Source: Oscillospiraceae bacterium (GTDB taxonomy: Bacteria; Bacillota; Clostridia; Oscillospirales; Oscillospiraceae). From it: a stretch of 64,000 nt of DNA. Every line of letters begins with the position of its first letter. Position 1 is the stretch's first letter. A program made the position numbers and the translations under genes. Below the pieces are notes generated by a model. That model was not told the origin of the DNA and made no database searches. It saw only the letters and a program-made list of their open reading frames with translations. Positions 8,607 through 18,100 of this stretch are shown here, piece after piece. The stretch spans positions 41,322 through 105,321 of the forward strand of contig DBFBGR010000024.1 in the NCBI GenBank assembly GCA_048201935.1, given 5' to 3'.

Positions 8607-9071
8607 ATGGAACGCATCGCCAGCTTTTCGGTGGATCACACCAAACTCCGCCCGGGGATGTACATCTCCCGCACTGATGGGGACATCGTCACCTACGACC
8701 TTCGCTTCAAGCGGCCCAACACCGGCGACCTCCTGTCCAACGCCCAGCTCCACTCCGCCGAGCACCTCTTCGCCACCCTTTTGCGCAACAGCGAGCATAA
8801 GGACGCGGTGGTCTACTTCGGACCCATGGGCTGCCAGACCGGGTTCTACCTCCTCATCGACGGCTCCAAGCTGGACCACCAGGGCGCCATCTGGCTGATG
8901 AAAGAGGTCTGCGACCACGGCTCCATCTACCAAGGCGAGATGCCCGGAAAGAGCGAATTTGAGTGCGGAAACTACCGCAATTTGGACGTGGACCTGGCAA
9001 GAGAGCTGTGCGTCTACTACGGCCAGATCTTGAAAAACTGGACGGTGGAGAAGCTTCAATACGAGGGCTGA
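8607..9071 (+). CDS. luxS: S-ribosylhomocysteine lyase (AI-2 synthase)
   Basis: SFSVDHTKL, the HSAEH metal-binding motif and GPMGCQTGFYL. ATG at 8607 lies 3 nt after the mtnN stop; the ORF-track start at 8250 overlaps mtnN and is rejected. Confidence 0.95.
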   Translation: MERIASFSVDHTKLRPGMYISRTDGDIVTYDLRFKRPNTGDLLSNAQLHSAEHLFATLLRNSEHKDAVVYFGPMGCQTGFYLLIDGSKLDHQGAIWLMKEVCDHGSIYQGEMPGKSEFECGNYRNLDVDLARELCVYYGQILKNWTVEKLQYEG

Positions 9072-9088
9072 CCCCCATAACAAAACGT

Positions 9089-9124
9089 AAAAAAACACCG
9101 CCTGATAACAGGCGGTGTTTTTTG
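9089..9124. terminator. bidirectional intrinsic terminator (luxS + / SLH-phosphatase-like gene -)
   Basis: AAAAAAACACCGCC-TGATAACA-GGCGGTGTTTTTT. Confidence 0.8.
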
Positions 9125-9134
9125 TTGCGTGTAT

Positions 9135-10847
9135 TCAGTCCTTTGGCGGCGTGGAGAGGTGGTCCTTGAGGGTCTCCACCTGCTGGGTGGTCAGGCCCAC
9201 CTTGTCCACCAGATAGCGCTGGGCAGCCTGCTCCAGCATGGTGGCCCCGGTGGCGGTCTTGGACCGGGCCAGGTCCCGGACCGCGTCCATATCGGAAACC
9301 TCCAGCAGCCGCAGAAGGTCGGCCTCGATCCCGCCCTGAGCCAGGGTAGCCCATTCCTCGCTGCCCTTTTCAATGTGATAGAGGTTCTCGAAGGACAGCA
9401 TATAGTCGTCCACGATGTCGTCCACGTCGGCCCCCATCAGGGCCTCCAGCAGGAAGATGAGGTGCCCGGCCCGGTCCGCGCCGTAGGTGGAGTGGATGAG
9501 ATAGGGCCCGGGCCGTTCGGTCATAAAGTCCAGGCCGTTTCGCAGGTCGTCCAGCCCCACCTGCACATACATATCCGAGCCCATATTCAGGTAGACCACG
9601 CCGTCGTCCTGGTGGACCTTTTCGTAGTTGGTCCCAGCGAAGGTCTCATATTTGGGGGCCTTGGCCCGGCAGTCGGCCATGTCGACGATGGTTTTGATAC
9701 CCGCCTGGCCCAGCAGACGGTCGGCCACGGCGTTACGTCCGGCGACGGTCTCGATGGGGCTGGCGGAGCGGTAGAGGACCCCGGGGGCCAGCTTGCCCAT
9801 GCTGACGCAGCGGAAGTTGGCGAAGGTCTCGTCGTCGGCGTAGTCGGAGCGGTCCAGGCTGAGCTTGTCCCCCAGGCCCAGGGGCTGGATATGCCCGCTT
9901 TGCGCATCCAGAACGATGGCGACCTTGGTGGGGGTCAGCTCATAGACCGCGCTGTCCCCCCGGCTGCCCACGCCGTAGGCGGTGGCGAAGTCCCCACGGC
10001 TCAGACAGAGACGAGCCAGGCCGTCATCTCCCACCAGGATGAGGGGCTGGCCCTGGGGTACGTCGTCGTAGTGGGTGACCCAGGGGGCTTGCAGGGTCTT
10101 GTCACCCACGGTGACCTCCAGCACGTCGCCAAGCTTCATGCCCATGGCCACCATACCCGACTCGCTGATCTCGACGATCACGTCGCCGTACTTGTTGATG
10201 TCCCTGGCACGGGCCACCATCCCCACGCCGGTGGTGGCGGCGGGCACGTAGTTGCACAAGATCTGGGCCAGCTCCGCCCGGGTGGCGGAGTCGCTGGGGG
10301 CCAGCAGCACCCCTCCCTTGCCCGAGACCACCCTGGCCCCCACCGCCCACTGGAAGGCGGGGACGGCCCAGGCAGGGACGTTTTCCGCATCCTCGTAGGT
10401 CAAAATGTTGGTCTCCTCGCCCACGGACACGTCCACCCCGGTCATCTGGGCGTAGCGGTAGAGGATGGTGACGATCTCCGAGCGGCTGGCCACCCGGTCG
10501 CCGTCAAAAAAGCCATTGCCATCACCGGTGGTGAGGCCCTGGGCGTAGGCCCAGCGGGCGGCGTCGGTCCACCAGTGGCCGGAGACGCCGGTGATACTCT
10601 CGTTCATCTGGAGCAGGTGCTCCGTGGGCGCGGGGGTCTCGGGCTTGTCCTCCATGTTGTAGAGAGTCTGGAAGACCATGGCCCGGGTGACCAGGCCCTC
10701 GGGCTCAAAGCCCTGGCCGGTGCCCGTCATCAGGCCCCAGTCGGTGACGATAAGGACCGCATCGTCGTACCACGCCCCCAAGGCGGAGGTCCCCAGGGTC
10801 CACAGCAGGGCCGCCGCCAGCAGCAGGGCCGTTCCTTTTCGCTTCAT
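9135..10847 (-). CDS. secreted SLH-anchored protein: 3 SLH repeats + SAM-hydrolase-C-like barrel + Y_phosphatase3-like domain with Cys-to-Ser P-loop
   Basis: Signal peptide MKRKGTALLLAAALLWTLGTSALGA. Three SLH-like repeats (WYDDAVLIVTDWGLMTG..., HWWTDAARWAYAQGLTTG..., VPAWAVPAFQWAVGARVVSG...). Middle segment GDVIVEISESG...LGDVLEVTVGDK...PLILVGDDGLARLCLSRGDFA resembles the SAM hydroxide adenosyltransferase C-terminal domain. The C-terminal P-loop reads IHSTYGADRAGH where the family has HCxxGxxR. GGAGAGGA RBS. Confidence 0.7.
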   Translation of the reverse strand: MKRKGTALLLAAALLWTLGTSALGAWYDDAVLIVTDWGLMTGTGQGFEPEGLVTRAMVFQTLYNMEDKPETPAPTEHLLQMNESITGVSGHWWTDAARWAYAQGLTTGDGNGFFDGDRVASRSEIVTILYRYAQMTGVDVSVGEETNILTYEDAENVPAWAVPAFQWAVGARVVSGKGGVLLAPSDSATRAELAQILCNYVPAATTGVGMVARARDINKYGDVIVEISESGMVAMGMKLGDVLEVTVGDKTLQAPWVTHYDDVPQGQPLILVGDDGLARLCLSRGDFATAYGVGSRGDSAVYELTPTKVAIVLDAQSGHIQPLGLGDKLSLDRSDYADDETFANFRCVSMGKLAPGVLYRSASPIETVAGRNAVADRLLGQAGIKTIVDMADCRAKAPKYETFAGTNYEKVHQDDGVVYLNMGSDMYVQVGLDDLRNGLDFMTERPGPYLIHSTYGADRAGHLIFLLEALMGADVDDIVDDYMLSFENLYHIEKGSEEWATLAQGGIEADLLRLLEVSDMDAVRDLARSKTATGATMLEQAAQRYLVDKVGLTTQQVETLKDHLSTPPKD

Positions 10848-10917
10848 CGCCGCTCATCCTCTCCAGGTTTTTCTCTATTGTACCGCTTTTTCCCCCGCCG
10901 CGCAACGCCCATTTTCG

Positions 10918-10952
10918 ACAAAAAAGGACCGGCGCACTGCGCCGGTCCTTTT
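10918..10952 (-). terminator. intrinsic terminator ending the surface-protein operon
   Basis: Minus strand reads GGACCGGCG-CAGTG-CGCCGGTCC followed by TTTTTT, 13 nt after the stop of the 388-aa gene. Confidence 0.8.
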
Positions 10953-10964
10953 CTTGCGGTTGTT

Positions 10965-12131
10965 TTAGACGTTGGACTGGGTGTTGTCGGTCACATCTGA
11001 GCCGGTGCCGCCCAGGGGGCCGGAATCGCTGGCGTCGTCATGGTAGCGCCAGCGCTCGTCGATCCAGCACCTGGACCAATCCTCGGGCAGGTCCTTCTTG
11101 TCCTCGTCGTAGGTGTGGTCGTTGGCAGCCTCGATGATCTCGTAGTAGGCCCAGTGGTCCTTGGGCACGTCGGGCCAGGTCATGTACTCGGTGGAGCCGT
11201 TCTCGGTGACGTTGCTGGCCACGCCCGAGTGGACGTACTCGGTCAGGCCCTCCAGGCCCTTTTCGTCCACGCCCCGGCGGAGATAGCCGTTGAAGATCTT
11301 CACGGCCTCGTCCCGGCGGATGGAGTTGTGGGGCAGGAACTTGCCCGCGTTCTCCCCGGTGGCGTAGCCCACGATCCAGCCCGCGGTTTGGGCGGTGCGG
11401 ATGTCCTCCATGGCCCATTCTCCCGCGTCGGCGATGTCCAAAAAGTCGTCCACCAGCCGCTGGGCGTCCTTGGGCAGGCGGCCCGTGGTCCGGGCCAGGC
11501 GGACCACCGCCGCCACATACTCCTGCCGGGTGATGGGCTGGTCGGGCTTAAACAGGCCGTCGCCATAGCCCACAAACACGCCGTTTTTGGCGCAGTAGGA
11601 GATGGCGCTCTCCGCCCAGTGGCCGGCCACGTCGGTGAGACCGGCGTCGTTGATGTAGATCTTGCCCTCCTCAAAGACCTCCGCGCCGGGCACGCCCTCA
11701 AAGCCCGCACGGGCGATGATGGTGGCCACGCTGCCCCGGGTGATGAGGTCGTCGGGGCCGAACTTGCCGTTGGGGTAGCCGATGACGTAGTGCTTATGGA
11801 AGGGCTCGTAGACGGCGTAGTAGGTGGTGTCCTTCTTCACCCGGATGTCCTCGGGCTTCACCAGCTCCGCTTCCTGCCCGGCGGGCAGCTTGTCCGGGTC
11901 GGAGGCCGACCAGCCGACGAAGGCCCAGCCGGTGAGGCCGTTGACGGTGGGGATGTTCTTGGCGTCGGGCTTGGTGTCGGAGGGGATGGAATCGGTGACG
12001 CTGTCGGAGCTGACGCCCTTGCTCCCCAGGCGGTACTCAATGTTGCACGGGCAACCCGCCGCGAAGGCGGAAAGGGCCAGTCCGGCCACCAGGGCCAGGG
12101 TCAGCAGCACGCTGAAAACTCGCTTGTTCAT
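10965..12131 (-). CDS. stand-alone anchor-module protein: signal peptide + Listeria-Bacteroides (Flg_new) repeat + 3 SLH + conserved C-terminal tail; paralogue of the giant protein C-terminus
   Basis: Signal peptide MNKRVFSVLLTLALVAGLALSAFAA. GWAFVGWS...TYYAVYEP (Flg_new-like). SLH repeats (HYVIGYPNGKFGPDD..., HWAESAISYCAKNGVFVGYGDG..., EWAMEDIRTAQTAGWIVGY...). The tail YVHSGVASNVTENGSTEYMTWPDVPKDHWAYYEIIEAANDH is nearly identical to the giant protein. AAGGAGG RBS; only 15 nt from the upstream stop. Confidence 0.85.
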   Translation of the reverse strand: MNKRVFSVLLTLALVAGLALSAFAAGCPCNIEYRLGSKGVSSDSVTDSIPSDTKPDAKNIPTVNGLTGWAFVGWSASDPDKLPAGQEAELVKPEDIRVKKDTTYYAVYEPFHKHYVIGYPNGKFGPDDLITRGSVATIIARAGFEGVPGAEVFEEGKIYINDAGLTDVAGHWAESAISYCAKNGVFVGYGDGLFKPDQPITRQEYVAAVVRLARTTGRLPKDAQRLVDDFLDIADAGEWAMEDIRTAQTAGWIVGYATGENAGKFLPHNSIRRDEAVKIFNGYLRRGVDEKGLEGLTEYVHSGVASNVTENGSTEYMTWPDVPKDHWAYYEIIEAANDHTYDEDKKDLPEDWSRCWIDERWRYHDDASDSGPLGGTGSDVTDNTQSNV

Positions 12132-12146
12132 TACCTTGGCACCTCC

Positions 12147-15100
12147 TTATCGGTTCCACACACGGAACCCGGCCGACAGCAGCCCCACAGTGGGGCCGCC
12201 GTCGTTCAGGTCGTCGTGATAACGCCACTTCTCATCGATCCAGCACTTGTCCCAGGTCTCGGGCACGGTGTAGCCCGTGGGCAAGGTCTCATCCACCACG
12301 TACTCGTGGTCGTTGGCGGCCTCGATGATCTCGTAGTAGGCCCACTGATCCTTGGTGACATCGGGCCAGGTCATGTACTCGGTGGTACCGTTCTCGGTGA
12401 CGTTGCTGGCCACGCCGGAGTGGACGTACTCGGTGAGCTTGCTGAGGCCCTCGGCGTTCACGCCGCGGTTCAGGTAGGCGTTGAAGATCTTCACGGTCTC
12501 GTCACGGCGGATGGGATTGAGCGGCTTGAAGGTGCCGTCGGTATAACCGTTGACCCAGCCGTTGGCGTAGGCGGTGTAGATGCCGTCCACGGCCCATGCG
12601 CCCGCGTCGCCCATGTCGGTGAAGGGCAGCTCCTTGGCGGACTTGACGCCGCTGAGGCGGGCCATGACCAGGGCCAGCTCCTGACGGGTGATGGACTGGT
12701 CGGGCTTGAAGGTGCCGTCGTCATAGCCCTTGAACACGCCGTACTTGGAGCAGTAGGCGATGGCGCTGGCGGCCCAGTGGTCGTTCACGTCGCTGTAACC
12801 GCCGGGATTGCCGTAGTCGGCGCCCTCCACGAAGTTCGGGAGCACCGCGCGGGCGATGATGGTGGCCACGCTGGCGCGGTTGATGTTATCGCCGGGGCCA
12901 AAGTTGCCGTTGGGATAGCCGATGACGTAGTGCTCATGGAAGGGCCGGCCCAGGTCGTAGACGGGCTGGTAGACGGCGAAGAAGGTGGTGTCGCCGTCGA
13001 TGGGCACGCTCTTGGGATCCACCAACGGACGCTTGGCGTCGGCCTGAGCGTCCCCGGTGGGACCGGTCAGGCTCCAGCCCAGGAACTTGTAGCCCGCGAG
13101 AGCGGTGACGTTGGGCACGGTCTTGACCTTGCCCCGGTCGGCCACCATCTCCATGACGGGGTCGGTGGTAGTGCCGTAGAGGCCCAGCAGGTAGGTGACC
13201 TGGTTGGGACAGGCGGGATCCACGCCGCCACCGCCGCCACCGCCGGGATTGGTGATGTTGACGGTGATGGTGTAGGAGGCCTTGACCACCTCGGTCTCCA
13301 GTCCGGCCTTATCCACGGCCCGGACGCCTTGGGCGGTAAGGACCAGCACGAAGACGCCGCTGCCCGCTTCGGAGGTATCCAGACCGCTCAGGTCCAGCTC
13401 CCAGGTGTTCTTGTTCACGGGCTTGCCGTCGTCGTCCACCTCCAGCAGCGTGTCATGGGGCTCATCCAGCCGCTTGAGGGTCCAGTTGTTGGTGTACACC
13501 GTCGCGCCGGTCTCCGGGTCGGTGGTGGACTTGCGTTGGGCCAGTCTGCCCGAGACGGCCAGTTCAGGCTCCTGATCCACCACGGCGACCTGGTCCACGT
13601 TGCCCACGTAAGCGCCCAGGTTGATCTTGTATACGCCGGGCTTGCTGCCCTTGGTCACCGAGACGGTGCGGGCGTCGTCCACCTTGGGGCCGGTGGTGTC
13701 GGTGGGCGCGTCCACCTTCACGTCATCGAACTTCAACTGGGCGATCTTGCCCTCCTGCTCCTTCTCGATGACGATGGGCTTGTTGGGCTCGGTGTCGTCC
13801 TCCTCGGGATGGAGCTCCACCTTCACGCCGGTGTTGGTCTCCAGGATGTACTCCACCTGCTCCTCGTCGATGCGCTGGTTGTCCTCCACGCCGGTGTCCT
13901 TGCCGTTGTCCTTGGGATCGAAGTAGAAGTAGTCCTCGGTCTCGTTGTCCTCGGTGGCAAAGCGGACAAAGACGTAGTTAGGATCGGGGATGAGCTTGAG
14001 CTTCACCCGGTAGGCGGTGTTGGGCTTGAAGGTGTCGCCGGTCTCGGGGTCGGCGCTGAGCTCACGCTTCTCGTTGCCGTTCTCGTCCAGCTCGACCCAG
14101 GTGATCTTGTAGCCCAGACGGGTCAGGCCGTTGATATCCAGGCCGTTCTCCGGGCCGTGCTCGGTGTCGCCGCCCTTGTTGATCAGATCCACGTCGTCCT
14201 TGGCGGAGACGTTGGTCAGGTTGGAGCCGTCGATGCTGTCATCGCCGCGGTAGAGGACCTGGCCCTTGACCACGATCTTGGAGACGTTGTCACTGACCTT
14301 CTGGTCCACCTCGGCGGCGCCCAGGCCGGTAACGTTGGCCAGGACGATGGGACGAGGCACGATCTTGATGATCAGGGTGTAGTCGGCGGATACGCTGTCA
14401 GCGGCCATCAGGCTGGCCTCGGCGGGCTGGGTGGTGCTACCCGTGGCGTTGACCTTCAGGGTGTACTCACCGGCGTACTTCAGGCCCCGCAGGTCGGCCC
14501 GGAATGCCTGGGCCCGGTTGTCGTGGCTGGTGGCGCTGTCGGAGCTCTGACGCGTCAGGTGGTCCAGGGTGGTAAAGGCGCTGGAGCTGGCGGAGCTGGG
14601 GAACTGGGTGCCGCCGTCGGCGCTGAGGATGCCGATGCGGTCGTTGCCGGTCTTGCCGTCCACCCGCTTGCCGGTGTTGCTGGTCACCTTCAAGGCCACA
14701 TCATAGAGATCCTTACCGCCGGGGTTCTGGAGGTACACGTCGAAGAACTCGGGGATCTGGTCCAGGTAGTAGACCACCACGCGCTCGTTCTTGTAGTCGT
14801 TGGACCACTCGTGAGCGGCCAGCTCGGCCTCGGCGCCCTTGGCGTGGTCGGCGTCGTTGAAGTCCAGACCCACGTCGGGCTTCTTCACCTCAATGTCCAG
14901 CTCCGCGTCGGCGTAGGAATAGTCGTAGGGGTTCTCATACTCCTTGGTGTCGCTGTTCAGGATGCCGGTGTAGGTGAAGGTGAAGGTGTAGCTGTTGGTG
15001 TAGGCGCTCTCGTCGGCGTTGGGGGTGCCGCTGAGGCCGTTGAACTTGGCGGGCGCCACGCTCCACACGCCGTTATTATAGGTATCACCGGCACTGTTGT

Positions 15101-18100
15101 GGGTCGTGGGCTCATCCTCGTGAGGCGTCACCACCACGTCAGTGGCGTTCTTCGTGTTGAGCACCTGCTTGAAGAGGAAGGGCGGCAGGGTGACGGGATC
15201 GCCGTCCTCGATGACGGTGTTGTCGCCGGTGGTCTTGTTGGCCAGGTAGGCCGCCACATAATCCGCGGCCGCCACAGGCACGTCAATGGTCAGCGGGGAG
15301 GTCATCACGTCCACGGTGTAGGGCACGAACTTCACCACGCCGGTGTTCTTGTCGGTGAGCTTGATGTAGACCTTCAGCTCGTCCTCCACATCCACCAGCT
15401 TACCGTCCACAGTCTTCTTCTCCACGTGGACGCCGGTGGCGTTGGCGGTGACCTTCAGACCGATCGTGTCGCCCACCGCCAGGTCGTCGGTGGTCTGGCC
15501 GTCGGCAAAGCCCAGCCAGGCGCTGGCGGCGGTGATGTTGGCCAGCATCTTGGCGTCGGCGGTCTCATCCAGCACCTTGGCCGTCTTCAGCTCGTCGGCG
15601 GTGGCGATGGCGATGGCGAACTTCTGGTTGGCAGAGTTGGCGTCGCCGGTGATGGTCATTTCGCCGGGGGTGGCCTCAAAGGCGTTGTTGCCGTAGTAGA
15701 CCTTGGCCGCGGCCGTGTCCGCGCCGAAGTCGGCGGGCTCGAAGACCGCCTCCACCCGGGCGTTGGGTCCGCCGGGCTGGAAGGTCGTCTCGGCGGCGGT
15801 GGCGTCGCCAATGACGCTCTTGGTGTCGGTGACGTTGCCCTCGTCATCCATAGCCAACTGCCACTTCACAAAGCGGTAGCCGTCGGCGGGCTTGGCGTAG
15901 ATATCAGCCGCTCCGCCGATGGGGGCGTTGCCCTGCTTCTCGGGGCCGTAGTCGTCGGCATCGCCGGTGGTGCTCACGGAGCCCCAGTAGTCGTGGACAT
16001 CGTCCTCGGCGTTGTCGTCATGGTCGGCGGTCCAGGCGGTGAAGGGATAGCCGTCGGCCTGGATGGTGAGGGTGACGGAGGGATCGTAGAGGCTGCTGCC
16101 GCCCTCCGCGGCGGTCTTGTCCACCAGCTTGCCGTCCACCAGCTTCTTCGCGCCCTTGGTCAGGTCGTAGAAGGTGATGACATAGGCGCCCACGCCGACG
16201 TTGCCGCTCTCCAGCCAATCCCGGCTCAGGGTGTACGCACCGTCCAGGTCCTCCACAGCGGAGCCGTCCTTGACGAAGGTCAGAGGCTTGGTGGTCTCGC
16301 TGGCGCCGTTGATAGCCAGAATGGTCTCGGCGCTGCCGGTCTTGGGCCGGATGGTGACCACGATGTCGTTCACGGCGTCGTCCACATTGTCGCCGCCGTC
16401 GTTATTGACGTAGTCGAACACGGGGGCGGTGCTGTGGTCCAGATCGTAGAGCTTGTAGGTCTGGTCCTTACTCAAGGTGGGCAGCAGGTCATAGTAGGCC
16501 ACCACGGTAGGATCGTTGCCGCCCACATGGTAGAAGGGCTTGAGCATCTCGTTGGGCTTGGTGTTATTCGGGTTTGTGCTGTCCAGGAAGGTGCCGCCGG
16601 CGGCGGTCTCGGTGCCGGGCAGGTCCTCGGTCACCAGATCGGCCCACTTGATGAACAGGTGGGTCTTGGCGGTATTGAGCTGGCCGGTGGTCAGCTTCAC
16701 ATCGCCGTTGGCCACGTCCACGAAGATGGTGCCGTCGGGGGCGGTGGCGGTGAGCTTCTGGTCCTGGGAGTTAGTGAACTCCGCACTGGTGGCGGTGCCG
16801 GACACGTCGTTCTGGGTGCCGGTGCGCCAGGCCTGGATGGTCACCGTAGCGCCCACATAGGTGGCGGCGATGTCGGTGCCCACATACCAGATGTCGTCGC
16901 CCTGGATGGTGCAGTAGAGGATGCAGCCCTTGTCATCGGCCACGGGCCTATACTTCAACAGGTCGGAGCCGGTGGGCGCGCCCATGCCGCCGCTTTCCTG
17001 CACCAGGGTGATGTCGTCGTTGGTGGGAGCGTTGTCCACCAGGTACTTGACCTGGGCGGCCTTATCCGTGCCCACGCTGGCGGGGAAGGTGAAGGTGCTG
17101 GGCACCTTGAACCAGCGCACCGTCACGTCGTAGTCGGCGTCGGTACCGGTACCGTAGGTGGTCAGGTTGGTGTGGGTGCCGTAGCTGGGATTGGCCTTGG
17201 GACCGCCGTCATGGTCCTGCACGCCCACCGTGGCGGTGGCCACGCCGCCCACGCTCACGCTCTTATTCAGGGCGGTGATGGACACGTCGGGCCGGGTGTC
17301 GATGTACTTGATGGACATGGACTTGGTGCTGCTGGAGGGCTCGGTGGTGTCATCGCCGGCGTTGTGCAGGGTCAGCTCGAAGGTGGCCTTGTCGCCCCGG
17401 ACCGCGGAGATGGGCGTGCCAGCCTGGCTGCCGTCAGCGGCATAGGCGGTGCTGTAGCCGTCGGTCTGGGCCAGCTTGTAGAGCTCCTCCTTGGTGTAGG
17501 TGAAGCCACGGTACTGGTCGCCGTACTTGTTCCACTCCGTCGAGCCAAGCACTGCCGGGATCAGCGACCACTCGGCATAGGGCACGATCCGGTCGGGGTC
17601 CCAGTCGATGGCGCTGCCGCCGATGGTGCCTTCCACCATAGCGAACTGGCGGCTGGCGTCATCAGCATAGCCCGCGGCGTTGATCTCCATGGACCAGTCC
17701 TTGTGCTTGTTGGTCAGGCCGGAGGTGGCGTACTCCACCAGGCCCAGCTTGTCGCCCACGCCGCCGGCTCTGGGGTTCAGGTCCCACTCGATGTCCAGCG
17801 GCAGACCGACCCAGCCCTCGTCCACGATGCAGATCTGCAAGGGCAGCTTGTCAAAGAGGCTGTACTCGTCCACCGAGGCGTCCGCGCCCATCACGTCGGC
17901 CACGTTGCCCGGGTCGTAGACCCAGAGAACGCCGTCGTAGATGCCGTAGGCCTCCTTATAGCCGGGCTGGCCCTTGGTTCCCTCAGCCGCCTTATAGCCC
18001 ACGTTCCGGTCGCCGGTGGGATTGCCGGCGGCGGAGTAGGCGTGGTCCTTGGCCCAGGCCGCGGAGAGCTCCGCGGTGCCGTCGGCGGTGCCGGGATAGA

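Noticed and set aside
12040-12131. Possible lipobox (FAAGC) in the signal peptide of the 388-aa anchor-module protein
   Set aside because: The same Cys-Pro-x-Asn context occurs internally in the giant protein (DPACPNQ), so the Cys belongs to the conserved module. The -3 position is Ala rather than Leu/Val/Ile. Signal peptidase I cleavage after AFA is at least as likely.
13224-13246. Gly7-coding GCC/ACC-rich tract (ccgccaccgccgccaccgccggg) considered as a slipped-strand phase-variation switch
   Set aside because: It is not a homopolymer. It is built from mixed GGC/GGT/GGG codons in 3-nt and 9-nt units, so slippage would only change linker length in frame. It cannot switch the gene on or off.
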